64,000 nt of DNA from Bacillota bacterium (GCA_021846565.1 JAJZWS010000010.1:508-64507), one strand, 5' to 3'. Counted from the first letter of the stretch, positions 18,636 to 27,931 are shown. Notes: generated by a model from the letters alone, not told the origin. Program-made: numbers and translations.

Positions 18636-19469
18636 TTGCGCATCGGGTGTCACGTCAGCGTGGCGGGCGGCTACTTGAAAGCCGTGAACCGTGCCCAGAC
18701 TTTGGGTGCCGAGTGCTTTCAGTATTTCAGCAAGAGCCCCAGAATGCTGCGCTTCAACAAGAAGATCAATCACGACGATGCGGCGGCGGGTCGCGACCGG
18801 GCGGCAGAGCTTGGGCTCGCCACCCTTGCGCATGCCCCTTATCTGATCAATTTGGCCGCCCCCGACGACGGCCTGCGCCGGGCGTCGGTGGACGCCTTGT
18901 TGTGGGACCTCCAGGTGGCGTACGCCCGCGGCACCCCAGCGGTGGTGGTGCACTGTGGCAAGCACGTGGGAGCGGGCGTGCCGGCTGCCATCGACCGGAT
19001 GCGCACCTCGCTGGCCGAGGTGCTGGCCGACGATGACACCGGTGTACAGGTGCTGCTGGAAAACACGGCGGGTCAGGGCACCGAGATGGGCACGACGGTG
19101 GAGGAGCTTTTAGCCCTAGTGGATGGGCTGGGAGACCCATCCCGGCTGGGGTTTTGCCTGGACACCCAGCACGCGTTTGCGTCGGGCGTCTTAGACCCGT
19201 TCCAGCCGGATGGGTTTGGCGCCGTGCGAGCGCCGGCCTTTCGCGCGCGCCTGCATGCCATTCACCTGAACGACTCCAAGGTGGCGGCCGGCCACCGCGC
19301 GGACCGGCACGCGCTGGTGGGCCAGGGGCATCTCGGCGACGCCGGGCTTACACGCCTCGTGACCGAACCCAGTTGGCAGGACCTGCCGTTCTATCTGGAA
19401 ACCCCGGTGGACGACGAGGAACAATATCGCGCTGAGATGGTGCACGTGCGCCAACTCCTGGGCCGCTGA
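18636..19469 (+). CDS. nfo: Deoxyribonuclease IV (endonuclease IV, AP endonuclease family 2)
   Basis: MRIGCHVSVAGGYLKAVNRA...AHAPYLINLA...VVHCG...LLENTAGQG...IHLNDSK, a TIM-barrel Nfo pattern. TTG start after GAGGGAGG. Confidence 0.85.
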   Translation: MRIGCHVSVAGGYLKAVNRAQTLGAECFQYFSKSPRMLRFNKKINHDDAAAGRDRAAELGLATLAHAPYLINLAAPDDGLRRASVDALLWDLQVAYARGTPAVVVHCGKHVGAGVPAAIDRMRTSLAEVLADDDTGVQVLLENTAGQGTEMGTTVEELLALVDGLGDPSRLGFCLDTQHAFASGVLDPFQPDGFGAVRAPAFRARLHAIHLNDSKVAAGHRADRHALVGQGHLGDAGLTRLVTEPSWQDLPFYLETPVDDEEQYRAEMVHVRQLLGR

Positions 19470-19470
19470 C

Positions 19471-20367
19471 ATGCCCTATCGTCTGATTTACAATCCGGCC
19501 GCCGGGGGCGGTCGGGCTCGGCGTACGTTGGATGCGCTCATGCCGGAGCTTACGCGTCGCAGCGACCTCGAGGTGGTGGCCACGCGGGAGCGCGGCCATG
19601 CGACCGAATTGGCCCGCCAGGTGCGGGATCGCGCCGACATGGTGGTCATTTCGCTCGGCGGGGATGGCACGCATCATGAGGTGGTGAACGGCCTTCTACC
19701 TGGGGGCCAAGCGGCTCTAGGCGTCATTCCGGCCGGCTCCGGCAACGACTTCGCCGCGGGCATCGGCGTACCCGCCGCGCCGCAGGAGGCGCTGGCGGTG
19801 AGCTTTAGGGGCGTGCGCACCCCCATCGATGTGGGTCAGGTGGGCTCCGAGTACTTTCTCACGGTGGTAGGCGCGGGCTTTGACGCGGAGGTGGCTGGAC
19901 TCATCAACCGGCAGGTGCGCGGCCGCGGCGGATCCGGCAAGCTGCTGTATCTGCGCGGCATTCTCTCCACGCTGTGGACGTATCGGAGCCATCCCTTTGT
20001 CCTGGACATCGAGCAGGCGGGGCAGACGGCCCGCGAACGCTCGACCCTGCTGTTGGCCGCCGGCAACGTCGCCCGCTACGGCGGGGGCATTCGCATCTGC
20101 CCGGGCGCCGACCCCCATGATGGGCTTTTGCAGGTCGTGTGGGTCGGCGGCACCGGCAAGCTGGGCACGCTCAAGCTGCTGAGCCAGGCGTACAGCGGTC
20201 GGCATGTGGCCAACCCCCTGGTGGACTCCCTGCAGACGGCGTCGTTTAGACTCACCGGTCCGCCCCAGCTGTTTGTCCACGCCGACGGCGAGATTGTCGG
20301 CCACCTCCCCATCTCCGTGCGCGCGTTGCCGGCCGCCCTGCCCATGATGCTGCCTGCTCCGTCGTGA
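19471..20367 (+). CDS. Diacylglycerol kinase-family lipid kinase (YegS/BmrU-like)
   Basis: IYNPAAGGGRA..., a GGDGT motif (LGGDGTHHEVVNGL) and GSGNDFA. Confidence 0.8.
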   Translation: MPYRLIYNPAAGGGRARRTLDALMPELTRRSDLEVVATRERGHATELARQVRDRADMVVISLGGDGTHHEVVNGLLPGGQAALGVIPAGSGNDFAAGIGVPAAPQEALAVSFRGVRTPIDVGQVGSEYFLTVVGAGFDAEVAGLINRQVRGRGGSGKLLYLRGILSTLWTYRSHPFVLDIEQAGQTARERSTLLLAAGNVARYGGGIRICPGADPHDGLLQVVWVGGTGKLGTLKLLSQAYSGRHVANPLVDSLQTASFRLTGPPQLFVHADGEIVGHLPISVRALPAALPMMLPAPS

Positions 20368-21566
20368 CCTGGCCCGCGGACGCGCCCGCCTTCCTGTTGG
20401 GCGTCGCGACCTCGGGCCATCAGGTGGACGGCGACCAGCCGCCGGCCCACAACGACTGGACGGCGTGGGAACACGCCGGCCGGACCCGTGAGCCGTCCGG
20501 CGCCGCCGTACGCCACTGGCAGCGCTTTCCCCAGGATCTAGCCCTTTTTCGCCAGATCGGGGCCAACGCCTATCGGTTTTCCCTGGAGTGGAGCCGCCTC
20601 GAACCCGCCCCCGGCGAGTATGACGACGAGGCGCTCGCCCATTACCAGGAGATGACGGAGGCGTGCCGCGTGCACGGGCTGGAGCCGCTGGTCACGGTGT
20701 CGCACTTTACGCTGCCCCCCTGGCTCACCCATGGGTGGCTCTCGCCCGAAGCCCCGGCGCGCTTTGCCGCTCTGGCGGGCCGCATGGCTGCGGCGCTGGA
20801 CCCTGTGCGCTTTTGGTGCACCATAAACGAACCCAATGTGCTGGCGCTCATGGGCTACGTGGAGGGGCAGTGGCCCCCAGGACAGCATCGGCCCGGTACG
20901 GCCGCAGGCGTGCTGTGGGCCCAACTCCGCGCCCACCGTGCCGCCTATCGCGCGATGAAGCAGGTGCGCCCCGCCATCTGGGTGGGCATTGCTCATCACC
21001 TCGTGCATTTTCGGCCGGCGCGGGCCACGCCCGGAGATCGGGCGGCGGCCTGGACGGCGGACCGGATTTTCAACCAGTGGCCCATTCGCCGGGCCGGCCC
21101 CCAAGATTTTCTGGGCGTAAACTATTACGCGCCCCGCTGGGTGTCTCCGGCCACCCTCGCAAATCCGTCGCTGGTAGGACCCGTGCCAGGGCCCACCACC
21201 GCGATGGGGTGGTCCGTCGACCCGGATGGCTTCCGACAAACCCTCGTGCGGCTCGGCCGCCGCGGCCAACCGCTGCTGGTGACCGAAAACGGCATCGCGA
21301 CCGACGACGAGGCGGCACGCGGCGCCTACATTGCGCAGCACCGCGCCGCCCTGGAACAGGCGCGGGCGGCCGGCGCCGACGTGCGTGGCTATTTCTATTG
21401 GTCCGGTTTGGACAACTTTGAATGGGCGGAGGGGTATCGACCGCACTTTGGCCTCATTGCCGTCAACCGGGACACCCAGGAGCGCACGGTGAAGCCGGGC
21501 GCGGCCGCCTTCACGGACTGGGCCCGGGCTATACGTCCAGACGCGCCACCGCCACCCCCACGATGA
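20364..21566 (+). CDS. Glycoside hydrolase family 1 beta-glucosidase
   Basis: FLLGVATSGHQVDG, the acid/base motif TINEPNV and the nucleophile motif VTENGIA, plus YFYWSGLDNFEW. The GTG start overlaps the upstream stop (GTGA). Confidence 0.85.
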   Translation: MTWPADAPAFLLGVATSGHQVDGDQPPAHNDWTAWEHAGRTREPSGAAVRHWQRFPQDLALFRQIGANAYRFSLEWSRLEPAPGEYDDEALAHYQEMTEACRVHGLEPLVTVSHFTLPPWLTHGWLSPEAPARFAALAGRMAAALDPVRFWCTINEPNVLALMGYVEGQWPPGQHRPGTAAGVLWAQLRAHRAAYRAMKQVRPAIWVGIAHHLVHFRPARATPGDRAAAWTADRIFNQWPIRRAGPQDFLGVNYYAPRWVSPATLANPSLVGPVPGPTTAMGWSVDPDGFRQTLVRLGRRGQPLLVTENGIATDDEAARGAYIAQHRAALEQARAAGADVRGYFYWSGLDNFEWAEGYRPHFGLIAVNRDTQERTVKPGAAAFTDWARAIRPDAPPPPPR

Positions 21567-22137
21567 ACGCCCCCGCCATCCCTGCCAGGTACGCGAGGTT
21601 GAACCCGGTCAGCACCAGATTGATCACCAGCAGGATGAGCGCCCACTGCAGCGCCTGGCGAGGGTTGCCCACCTTGGCGATGTACATAGCGTAAGCCCCA
21701 GCCAACCCGAAAATGGCCAGGGACCCCGTGGCGGGCCCCAGTCCGCCGGCTCCGGCCAGCAGGGCGCCCACCAGGCCCGCACCAAAGTAAATCACTAGAT
21801 ACCGCCAGGGCTCGTACATCCCTTCAACCTGGTTGCCCAAGATCCACAGAAACAGCCCCGCGAAAATCAGGGATAAAATGCCGTTGGGAATCACGGTGGA
21901 CAGCAGGGCTACCCAAAAAAAGCCGCCCGGCCAGGCGTCCACCGCAAAACTCCAATAGGGCACCAGCGCCCCGAAGATGGTACCCGCCACCAGAAGCGCC
22001 ATGATGCCCATGGTAATGGGCGCGCCACTCGAGGGCAGCCACTGGCTTCGACCGCCGTAGCGCCGGGCCTGCTTTCGCTGGGCGGCCCAGTACTTGCGCG
22101 CCTCGTCGTTGAGTCCTCGGCCCTTGCCTCCGTTCAC
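21529..22137 (-). CDS. Rhomboid-like membrane protein (possibly catalytically inactive)
   Basis: Layout follows the rhomboid core: ...LFLWILGNQVE...YLVIYFGAGLVGALL...GPATGSLAIFGLAGAY...FNLAYLAGMAGAF. The Ser position is kept (GS), but Tyr sits where the AHxxG catalytic His is expected. Confidence 0.5.
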   Translation of the reverse strand: MNGGKGRGLNDEARKYWAAQRKQARRYGGRSQWLPSSGAPITMGIMALLVAGTIFGALVPYWSFAVDAWPGGFFWVALLSTVIPNGILSLIFAGLFLWILGNQVEGMYEPWRYLVIYFGAGLVGALLAGAGGLGPATGSLAIFGLAGAYAMYIAKVGNPRQALQWALILLVINLVLTGFNLAYLAGMAGAFIVGVAVARLDV

Positions 22138-22220
22138 CTGGGTCTCCCCCCGTCACGCCTGTGGTGAGCCGCACGCCTCCCGGGTGTCCGGGGTGGCGCG
22201 CCCGCCCCCCTCATATTGCC

Positions 22221-22745
22221 TCACCGGACGGCCCAAACCCAAATGATCGGCTGGCCGCGCCGAAAGCAGCGGTGCCACGCCTCCTCGTCCAGATGCCCGG
22301 CCGCGTGCTGGCCGTCGACCCAGGCGGTGGTCAACTCGGGAACCGGTGCCACGCCCTCGTCGAAAAACTGGCAAACCAGCCGGACCGCTTTCTTCGGCAG
22401 GCCCAGCGTCGCGACGCGGGCAGGAAACTGTCGTGCCGCGCGTTCGTCGACCACCTGCAACGTCGTGGGCGCCTCCTCGAGACGTCCCGCTTCGCTCAGC
22501 ACGGTGCGGGCCGCCTCCCAATCCAGGGATCCGACTCGGGCATGCCGGCGCAGCACCAGAGATTCCACCTGAATGGGGAACCACTCGGCAGGCCAGCCGA
22601 ACAGCGTTCGATCCAACGTTTCGCGCAGCAACTGCTCCTCCGTCTCCAGCACCCGCATTTCTTGGCGCACCGCCGCGAGCCGGATGATGCACCGGCACAG
22701 CTCTTCGGATGCGGCCGGCCGACTGGCCAGCGATCGCGACTCCAA
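22221..22745 (-). CDS. Hypothetical protein
   Basis: 174-aa ORF, non-repetitive, with an N-terminal coiled-coil-like segment. No family recognised. Confidence 0.45.
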   Translation of the reverse strand: MESRSLASRPAASEELCRCIIRLAAVRQEMRVLETEEQLLRETLDRTLFGWPAEWFPIQVESLVLRRHARVGSLDWEAARTVLSEAGRLEEAPTTLQVVDERAARQFPARVATLGLPKKAVRLVCQFFDEGVAPVPELTTAWVDGQHAAGHLDEEAWHRCFRRGQPIIWVWAVR

Positions 22746-22797
22746 CCCATCGCCCCCCTGTTATCAATGGGGCGACCCGCGGCAATATGCTACGGCC

Positions 22798-23751
22798 TCA
22801 CCTGCGTGGTTTCAGGACGGTCGCCGGATCCAGCCAGCGTGGACCCTCCCGGCGCGCTGTCACGCGCACTCGTTCGCCCGCGCGACACGTGAGGGTGCGC
22901 TCCCCGTCCAGAGCCACCGTGAACGGAACGGACCGCGTGCCCTCCACGGGTGCCCCCAGGGGATGGCGCCGGTGCCCGTGAACGGGAAGGTCCACCAAGA
23001 GGCCGGGCGCCAGCACGGCCGGCACCGGCTCCCCTCCATCCCCCAACCGCACTTCCAGCGCCTCGTCGGTCTGGGCCGACACGGGCGCCAAGTGGCCGCC
23101 CACGTTGGAGAGCCCGGGTCGCAGCGGGTCCGCGACGCCCAGTAGAAGCTGGGAAACCAGGGTCCCGTCCCACACGGCCAGCGCACCGACAAAGGCGGCG
23201 CCGACCCAGGCCACGTCTACCACGGCCAGATCCCGCCGCCCGGCGTCGGTCTCCACCTCCAAGACCTTGCCGGGTCGGAGGGCGGGCAGACCATCAAACA
23301 CCACCCGCGCCAAGGCCAAGCCGGCCACGGTGTCTTCGCCCAGCCAGCACGCCACATTGTTGGTGCCCCCGGCCAGCGGCAACACCGGCACCGCGGGCAC
23401 CGCCTTGGCCACCTGGCGCTGCGTGCCATCCCCGCCGACGACGGCCAGCACATCCACCCCGGCCTCCTCCAGCTGGCGGATGGCCGTAGCCGTGGCGTCC
23501 GCCCCTTCCGGGCGCGGGCTGCCCGGCAGCAGTGTCGCCACGGGTTCCTCGGACGCCACGCGCTGGGCCAAACCGTCTTCGTCGGCCACCAGATAGACGG
23601 GCACGGGCCCCAGGGCCTGCGTGCCGGCAATCACGCGCCGCAACTGGAGCATCTTGTCCGGACCCGACACCATGCTGGCCCGGGCCACCAGCCGCCGAAT
23701 GTCCCGTCCGGCGCGCGGGTTGACCACCAGCCCGATGCCCCCCGTCGTCAC
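22798..23751 (-). CDS. ATP-NAD kinase / AcoX-like kinase-fold protein
   Basis: IGLVVNPRAGRDIRRL... and the GGDGT motif (VVGGDGTQRQVA), then LAGGTNNV. The GTG start overlaps the MarR stop (GTGA). The upstream 148 aa of ORF 22798..24195 are discounted. Confidence 0.6.
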   Translation of the reverse strand: MTTGGIGLVVNPRAGRDIRRLVARASMVSGPDKMLQLRRVIAGTQALGPVPVYLVADEDGLAQRVASEEPVATLLPGSPRPEGADATATAIRQLEEAGVDVLAVVGGDGTQRQVAKAVPAVPVLPLAGGTNNVACWLGEDTVAGLALARVVFDGLPALRPGKVLEVETDAGRRDLAVVDVAWVGAAFVGALAVWDGTLVSQLLLGVADPLRPGLSNVGGHLAPVSAQTDEALEVRLGDGGEPVPAVLAPGLLVDLPVHGHRRHPLGAPVEGTRSVPFTVALDGERTLTCRAGERVRVTARREGPRWLDPATVLKPRR

Positions 23752-24197
23752 TGGGGATCCACCGCTCCGCCATCTGGGCTCGCGCCCACGCCCAGGATCC
23801 ACGCCGACGCCCCCGGCAGAAGATCCGCCACGACCGCCAGGCGGTCGGCGACGCGTGCCGTCGTGGCCGCCACCGCCGCCTCGCCTGACGGCGTGATGCG
23901 CAGCCACACCACCCGCCGATCCTGAGGGTCCCGGTCCTTGACCAGCCACCCGTGGCGCGCGGCGGCCGCCACCGCCCGGGCGGCCGTGGCGCCGGTGACC
24001 CCAAGGTACGCCGCCGTCGCCATCAAGGTCAAAGGGCCAGAGTTTGCCACAGAATTTAAAATGTGCCATTGAGTGGCGCTTGGTTCTCCGGCGCGACCGC
24101 GAAACACGGCCCCCATTTCCCAGTCCAGCCAGAGCCACTGTCGAGCGGCGTCTCGCCCCCTCGCCCCATCCTGCACGCTTCCGCCTCCCCGCCACAT
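23748..24197 (-). CDS. MarR family transcriptional regulator
   Basis: Winged-helix pattern SATQWHILNSVANSGPLTLMATAAYLGVTGATAARAVAAAARHGWLVKDRDPQDRRVVWLRITPSGE. Start could instead be ATG 24218. Confidence 0.7.
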   Translation of the reverse strand: MWRGGGSVQDGARGRDAARQWLWLDWEMGAVFRGRAGEPSATQWHILNSVANSGPLTLMATAAYLGVTGATAARAVAAAARHGWLVKDRDPQDRRVVWLRITPSGEAAVAATTARVADRLAVVADLLPGASAWILGVGASPDGGAVDPQ

Positions 24198-24210
24198 TGC
24201 CTTGAAGCCA

Positions 24211-25173
24211 TTATGCATTGGGGGCGGCCGACGCGGTCTCCAACCAGGACGCCCACGCCATGCGAGCCGCCGCTGCATCAAACACGGCGGCCCCGACGCT
24301 TTTCATGACCGTGAGGCCGGCGGGGGGGACCCGCGGAGCGTCCGCCAGGGCATGGACCGCCCCCGCCGCCAGCCGGCCCTCAGCGATCGGAATGGCTACG
24401 TCGCCACTCTCATGCAGCACACCCGCCCGCGTGTCAGCGTACACCACCGCCGCCCCCATCAGGTCCGATGCGCACTCACGGTCGGCCGCGCGATACGCCC
24501 CCATCGCATTGACGTGGGCATGCGGCGCCAGCATCCACCGATCCAGGAGCGCCTCCCGGGATCGCGTCGCGACCGTGACGACGTCGGCCCCGTCCACCGC
24601 CTCGGCCACACTGTCGGCCACCGCCAACCTGAGGGCGGGATACCCCACGCGCAAACGCTCGGCCAACTGCTCCGCCGCTGCGCGATGGCGGTTCCAAATG
24701 GTGAGGGCCTCCACGCCACCCAAGTCCAGCAGCGCGACCGCCTGGTACCACGCCTGGAATCCCGCGCCCACCAGCGCCACGCGGCGCCGCGCGCGGGCGA
24801 GGTGCGCCGTGGCCCAGCCCGCGATGGCGCCGGTGCGGATGGCCGTCAGCACAGGACCATCCATGAGGGCGCACGGCTGACCCGTCCGGTCGTCGAACAG
24901 CACGACCACCCCTGGTAGTGTGTGGCCCGGGGCTGCTTCGGGCCGGTCATTCAACAGCTTGACGGCCAGCGACCCGTCCAGCGCAGCAGGCATAACAAAG
25001 AGGGTGCCCGCCGGCATGTCCACCAGCTGACGCAGCGGCGCCACGGCCGCCCCCGCTCGCTCCGCCATGAGCGCCCGCTCCACGGCCGAGCGGGCCAACG
25101 GCGGCGTCAACAGCCTTTCCAGCACGGTCGCATCCAGCCAGGGCACTTGGATGCCCGGCGCTGATGGGATCAT
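24211..25173 (-). CDS. Ornithine cyclodeaminase / mu-crystallin family protein
   Basis: 320 aa with a Rossmann motif VALVGAGFQAWYQ and the family-typical N-terminal region ...LFVMPAAL.... Confidence 0.8.
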   Translation of the reverse strand: MIPSAPGIQVPWLDATVLERLLTPPLARSAVERALMAERAGAAVAPLRQLVDMPAGTLFVMPAALDGSLAVKLLNDRPEAAPGHTLPGVVVLFDDRTGQPCALMDGPVLTAIRTGAIAGWATAHLARARRRVALVGAGFQAWYQAVALLDLGGVEALTIWNRHRAAAEQLAERLRVGYPALRLAVADSVAEAVDGADVVTVATRSREALLDRWMLAPHAHVNAMGAYRAADRECASDLMGAAVVYADTRAGVLHESGDVAIPIAEGRLAAGAVHALADAPRVPPAGLTVMKSVGAAVFDAAAARMAWASWLETASAAPNA

Positions 25174-25441
25174 GACCGCCCCTCCTCAGCGCGGCGACTC
25201 ATCGCGCTTCTGTCTCGATTGTCTCGACCCCTTCTAGATAGTCGATATGGAGACTTTGCGCCAGTCGGACCGTCCCCCCGGGACCGCCGCCGCACCGGCC
25301 CGCAGTGGTCCGGACGCCTAGAAACCCGTGCCACTCGCCGGCGAGCGCCGGCCGGGGGTGTGGCGGGATGGCGATGGACATTGCATGCTGCGCGGGGCCC
25401 GGCTACGCTAGGCGAGACAGTTGGCGAAGGGTGGGGGGCCG

Positions 25442-26047
25442 TTGACAGAGCCCGCACGCATCTTGATGGTTCGCCACGGCCAGAGCGAGGCCAACGCACT
25501 GGGCCGGTTCGCCTTTCGCCGCTGGGACCCCGGCTTGACTGCCCTGGGCTGGGAGCAGGCGCGGTCCTTGGTAGCCGCGCTGGCCGGCGTCCCCATTGAA
25601 CGCATCGTGTCGAGCCCCCTCCGGCGGGCCCGCGAGACCGTGGCGCCGCTCGCGGAATCCCGGGGACTGCTCGTGGAGGATCTGGCTGGCCTGGCAGAGC
25701 TGGACATGGGACGCTGGGATGGCCATCCGCTTAGGGAATTGGCCAGAAGCGAGCCTGCGGCTTGGCGAGCTTGGCGGAGCGACCCCGAGGCCAGCCCGCC
25801 GCCCCGAGGCGAGCGCATCAGCCAGGTGGGCGCCCGCGTCATGGCGGCCCTGGACTCACTGCCCGTGGCACCGGGCCTCACGGTGGCCAGCAGCCACTCC
25901 GACTGCTTAAAAGGCGTGCTGGTGCACTTGCTCGGGGTCTCCGGCCCGGCCTCCCGCCGTCTCGACGTTCCCAACTTGGGCCAGCTGCTGCTCACCGAGA
26001 GCCCACGCGGCTGGCGCATCACCCTCGAGGGCCCCGCCACGCTCTGA
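25442..26047 (+). CDS. Histidine phosphatase family protein (phosphoglycerate mutase / CobC-like)
   Basis: RHG catalytic motif in ILMVRHGQSEAN, then SSPLRRARET and a distal SHSD. Start placed at TTG after AAGGGTGGGGGG. Confidence 0.75.
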   Translation: MTEPARILMVRHGQSEANALGRFAFRRWDPGLTALGWEQARSLVAALAGVPIERIVSSPLRRARETVAPLAESRGLLVEDLAGLAELDMGRWDGHPLRELARSEPAAWRAWRSDPEASPPPRGERISQVGARVMAALDSLPVAPGLTVASSHSDCLKGVLVHLLGVSGPASRRLDVPNLGQLLLTESPRGWRITLEGPATL

Positions 26048-26213
26048 CAGGCGCCCGCCCGAAGTCCTGTCGAGCGGCGCACGTAAGCCAGGCCGCGCAA
26101 AGACCCGTTCGACGCGGCGCCGGTCTGGCCGTGGCGGCTCTGGTGTCACGCCGGGGCCGCGTTGACGTTCACCCCCACCCAGCCATGGCGCCAGGGGCCC
26201 TATCGCCCGGTCG

Positions 26214-26624
26214 TTACGTTTCCAGGGCTGGAACGGCTACACGCTTAGCGCGGGCCCCCTGCACCCAGCCAATCACGTTGCCGCCAATGATCGTCGCGAG
26301 TGCGGGAACGACAAACCCGTTGACCATCACGACCTGTCCCACCAGCAAAAAACCCATCCCGATTCCGACCAAGATTTTCACCAGGCGCGAAGCGCGCCAG
26401 ATGCCCCACAACAAGAGGCCGACGGACACCAGGACCATTTCCGAGGAATATCCACTGACGAAGCGAATCCATCCGGGTTGGCTGGAACCCAACCCTCGCG
26501 CCGCCGCCGACGCGGAGGCCCCCACCACGCCGGCCAACGCCGGAAACACCGCAAACATCATCACGGAACAGCTCACCACGGCGCCAGCCGTTCCCACGGC
26601 CGACGGCACCACCGCTCTGCTCAT
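26214..26624 (-). CDS. Small 4-TM membrane protein, weakly MerC-like
   Basis: ATG 7 nt after GAGGGGG. The N-terminal TM has CS...FPALAGVVGA, resembling the MerC CAAC-FPALA region. The assignment is tentative. Confidence 0.45.
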   Translation of the reverse strand: MSRAVVPSAVGTAGAVVSCSVMMFAVFPALAGVVGASASAAARGLGSSQPGWIRFVSGYSSEMVLVSVGLLLWGIWRASRLVKILVGIGMGFLLVGQVVMVNGFVVPALATIIGGNVIGWVQGARAKRVAVPALET

Positions 26625-26649
26625 TCTTCCGCCCCCTCACTGTCCGGGT

Positions 26650-26690
26650 TCTGTGGATAGTCTACGCAGTGTAGTGGATTGTGGAATCCT
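26650..26690. promoter_or_regulatory. Cluster of short repeats/palindromes in the M56 to membrane-protein intergenic region
   Basis: GTGGA occurs three times (26653, 26674, 26681). CTACgcagtGTAG lies at 26662-26674 and GGATTgtggAATCC at 26676-26689. Confidence 0.3.
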
Positions 26691-26714
26691 TGGCAACCGA
26701 GCGCGCCGCCGGGA

Positions 26715-27557
26715 TCAGTGGCACAGCACCAGGACGCTTTCGGCTACCAGGACTGTCACCGACAGGGCGGTCGCCAGGAGGCGATAGCCCGGAGCGCGTC
26801 GCTCCCGGGACGGCCACACACCCCCCTCCAAATAAGCTAAGCGATAGTGCCACGCATCACGCATCCCGGGCCAGGACGATTCCTCCCCCTCGTCCGCCAG
26901 GGCCACCGTCACCGCCAACGCCCGGAGCAACGGCCCCTTGTCCCCGTGACATGCCGCAATCGCGGCCTGGTCCGCCATCAGCTCGCGATGGACACTGTAG
27001 TACCGCCAGAGGGCGGACAAGCCCGCCCAGCCAAAGGCTGGCACCAAAACCTCCAAGATCGCCTGCTGCGCAGGATCGCGGCGAAAGCGGTGGCACATTT
27101 CGTGCCAGAGGACGGCCTCCCGTTCGGGATCGGCCAAGCGCTGCCACAAGGTGTCCGCGATCACCACCTGCGGCCGCCAGAACCCCCACGTAAAGGCGAC
27201 GCCAAGAGATGCGTCGGTGAGCTGTCCGGAAGGGACGCTGTAGAACGGGCCGAGCGGCCGTCCGGAAAATCGGGGCTCCAGGGCCGCCGTCAAGCGCCGT
27301 CGCAGTTGCACGTGGCTCCGACGGGACACGGCCAGCGCCCGCGCCGTCGTGGCGACCATCCAGGCCAGGAGCGCCCCGGTGGTCACCCAAAGGGCCCCCA
27401 GCCCCCAGTCGGCGAGTGGCGTCATAGACGCCGAGGGTCCGAAGAGTGTCCACGTTTCGCTCCACCACGCGTAGCCCAGGCCGCCCGCGACCAGACCCGC
27501 CCACACCAAACCCACCACGGCCAGCGGGACGCGGTCCCCATACGCCACCATCCTCAC
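26715..27557 (-). CDS. M56 family (BlaR1/MecR1-like) membrane metalloprotease, without an obvious sensor domain
   Basis: HExxH motif in VLWHEMCHRFRRD, N-terminal TM segments, 280 aa only. The GTG start overlaps the BlaI stop (GTGA). Confidence 0.7.
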   Translation of the reverse strand: MRMVAYGDRVPLAVVGLVWAGLVAGGLGYAWWSETWTLFGPSASMTPLADWGLGALWVTTGALLAWMVATTARALAVSRRSHVQLRRRLTAALEPRFSGRPLGPFYSVPSGQLTDASLGVAFTWGFWRPQVVIADTLWQRLADPEREAVLWHEMCHRFRRDPAQQAILEVLVPAFGWAGLSALWRYYSVHRELMADQAAIAACHGDKGPLLRALAVTVALADEGEESSWPGMRDAWHYRLAYLEGGVWPSRERRAPGYRLLATALSVTVLVAESVLVLCH

Positions 27558-27931
27558 GACCGGTCGTCCTGCCGGTGCCGCTCGGCCAAGAGGCGCTCCA
27601 GTTGCCGCGCCAACTCGGGGCTGCTCTGGTCCAAGGTTTCCACGAAGTGCACCAGGCCGCGTCCCGCGGTCGCCACCATCAAATCACGCGCCGCCTGCTG
27701 GGCCGTTGAGCGGGCCACCTCGACGGAAGGCTCGCACATGTAAACATAGTGCCGTCGCCGTCCGTGGCGTACCAGCAACCCGTCGGCGACCAGACGGGTC
27801 AAGACGGTGTGCACGGCCGTCCGCGAAATCGGCCGGACGACACAGAGTTGTCGCCATATCTCCATCGCTTCCGCGGGCCCGTGGCGCTGGAGGACCCCCA
27901 GCACGTCCTGCCGCAAGGAATCCGCTCGCAT
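27554..27931 (-). CDS. BlaI/MecI/CopY family transcriptional repressor
   Basis: 125 aa with a winged helix: VLGVLQRHGPAEAMEIWRQL...ISRTAVHTVLTRLVADGLLVRHGRRRHYVY. Confidence 0.8.
   Translation of the reverse strand: MRADSLRQDVLGVLQRHGPAEAMEIWRQLCVVRPISRTAVHTVLTRLVADGLLVRHGRRRHYVYMCEPSVEVARSTAQQAARDLMVATAGRGLVHFVETLDQSSPELARQLERLLAERHRQDDRS

Noticed and set aside
23752-24195. N-terminal 148-aa extension of the NAD-kinase-fold ORF (22798..24195)
   Set aside because: It is G/R-rich and overlaps the MarR gene in another frame. A GTG overlapping the MarR stop gives a normal N-terminus (VTTGGIGLVVNP).
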